Source: a virus (taxonomy: Duplodnaviria; Heunggongvirae; Uroviricota; Caudoviricetes). From it: a DNA stretch of 64,000 bases. Where the stretch lies: the IMG/VR virus record IMGVR_UViG_3300029747_000004; one strand, given 5' to 3'. Shown piece by piece: positions 62,944 through 64,000 of this stretch. The notes under the pieces were generated by a model, which saw only the letters and a list, made by a program, of their open reading frames with translations, had not been told where the DNA came from and ran no database searches. The first letter of the stretch is position 1. Every line of letters begins with the position of its first letter. The translations under genes were made by a program, and so were the position numbers.

Positions 62944-64000
62944 TTATTCGCTAAAAAGTCCAGAATAAGCTTTCTTTTTCACATTTGGTTTTGCGTTAAA
63001 ATTAATACCAACAGAGCGTTTCTTTTCAGGCTTATTAGCATCAAAGCTAAACTTTTTCTTCATAGATGCGGCAAATAGAAGATCTGCCTTTACCTTAATT
63101 TCATCAACAGAATATTTATCCATCTCAGAAACTAGCGTCTTAAACTCGTCAGAATCTGCAATCTCGGCATATTCCGCGCTGCTAAGAACAGCTTCCTTTT
63201 GTGCTTTTAGCACAGATGCGTCATAATTGTCTTTGAATACCTTAAGTTCATTATATTTAGACTCTAACAGCGCATAATCCTCTCGCATCTTTTCAATGGC
63301 AATTTTTTCAGACTCTGTAACAATCAATTCAAATACTTCCTGTCTATCACCATCAAGTGCGACATTCTCACCATCAACAGAATAACCAAGCTTATAAATT
63401 TTCCTGCTGTCCCAGCCCTCTATATAAAAATAGTTATCATACACATCTCTGATGTAATAATAATCATTATCTAGCTCGTCAAATTGTCCAATTAAATTAT
63501 AAAGCGCACAACGTATATCATCATGAGACAATTCTACAGCAAAATTTTTGGTAAACTTTTCTTCAGCCTGGGCTTCATCCTGATTTTCATCACCATCTTC
63601 AGAAGCAGAAGTTTCTTCGGTATGAGTTTCCTCTATAACTTCAGCCTCTTCAATCTCATTATTATCAACAACAGTTTCTCCGGCCTCGGTCTCAACTACT
63701 TCCTCTACGACTTCATTTTCAAAGTTGCCCATTTCTAGTTCTCCTCCTTCCTTAGTTTGTGATTTATTATTAAAGTTAGATAAAGTAACATTTAATTTAT
63801 CTAATACTTCAATCAATTTATCTTGATGATTTACAGAAAAATAACTATTACGTTTTTCACTAAAATCGTCAATCGTTATTTGACTTCCAACCATACCTTC
63901 CTGAATTTCAGTGATACCATCTTGCTCATAGCCGAGTATAGTTACACCAATAAAATGAAATTTATCAATAGATAAATAATCTTCAATACAATTGTAACTC
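62944..64000 (-). CDS. prohead protease/scaffold protein (5' partial)
   Basis: Frame is open to the window edge (SYNCIEDYLSIDKFHFIGVTILG...EGMVGS). Acidic linker, ELSHDDIR..LY and coiled-coil scaffold C-terminus. Lies upstream of decoration and capsid genes. Confidence 0.75.
   Translation of the reverse strand, partial: SYNCIEDYLSIDKFHFIGVTILGYEQDGITEIQEGMVGSQITIDDFSEKRNSYFSVNHQDKLIEVLDKLNVTLSNFNNKSQTKEGGELEMGNFENEVVEEVVETEAGETVVDNNEIEEAEVIEETHTEETSASEDGDENQDEAQAEEKFTKNFAVELSHDDIRCALYNLIGQFDELDNDYYYIRDVYDNYFYIEGWDSRKIYKLGYSVDGENVALDGDRQEVFELIVTESEKIAIEKMREDYALLESKYNELKVFKDNYDASVLKAQKEAVLSSAEYAEIADSDEFKTLVSEMDKYSVDEIKVKADLLFAASMKKKFSFDANKPEKKRSVGINFNAKPNVKKKAYSGLFSE

Noticed and set aside
1..64000. 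tRNA, rRNA, CRISPR arrays, IS transposases, inteins
   Set aside because: None were recognised by eye. The RuvC-like gene is short, has no zinc finger or adjacent RNA, and fits a resolvase rather than TnpB/Cas12. A tRNAscan/Infernal run would be needed to be certain.

Overview
This window is 64 kb of a large, low-GC tailed phage or prophage of a Bacillota (Firmicutes) host. The host call is inferred from strong GGAGG RBSs, sigma-A-type promoters and Gram-positive lysins. Translation uses standard code 11. Bases 1-3912 (+) hold a degenerate dUTPase-like gene, an intact dUTPase, a large serine recombinase and small regulators. Bases 3949-64000 (-) hold the virion and lysis module. In transcription order it encodes prohead protease/scaffold, head decoration protein, major capsid, head-tail connectors, major tail protein, about 20 kb of modular fibre genes with a CotH-kinase giant and lysis genes, a RuvC-like resolvase, a 5996-aa tape-measure protein, Dit, a baseplate protein and a terminal fibre with an S74 chaperone. 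Highlights: (1) The tape measure appears to be a polyvalent effector carrier, with a JAB-like domain and two different ADP-ribosyltransferase-like domains ahead of the tape-measure core. (2) Two group I introns interrupt structural genes, and their splice junctions can be read from the sequence (8646-9265 and 56335-56725). (3) Fibre genes show a regular pattern in which a C-terminal DGG motif is followed by a gene starting with an Mtd_N domain, suggesting a daisy-chained fibre. (4) A consensus promoter drives a three-way-junction leader RNA ahead of a 27-codon endonuclease remnant. (5) An intergenic motif AATACAAAATGAAT recurs through the late region. All domain calls are motif recognition by eye. 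No database search was run.
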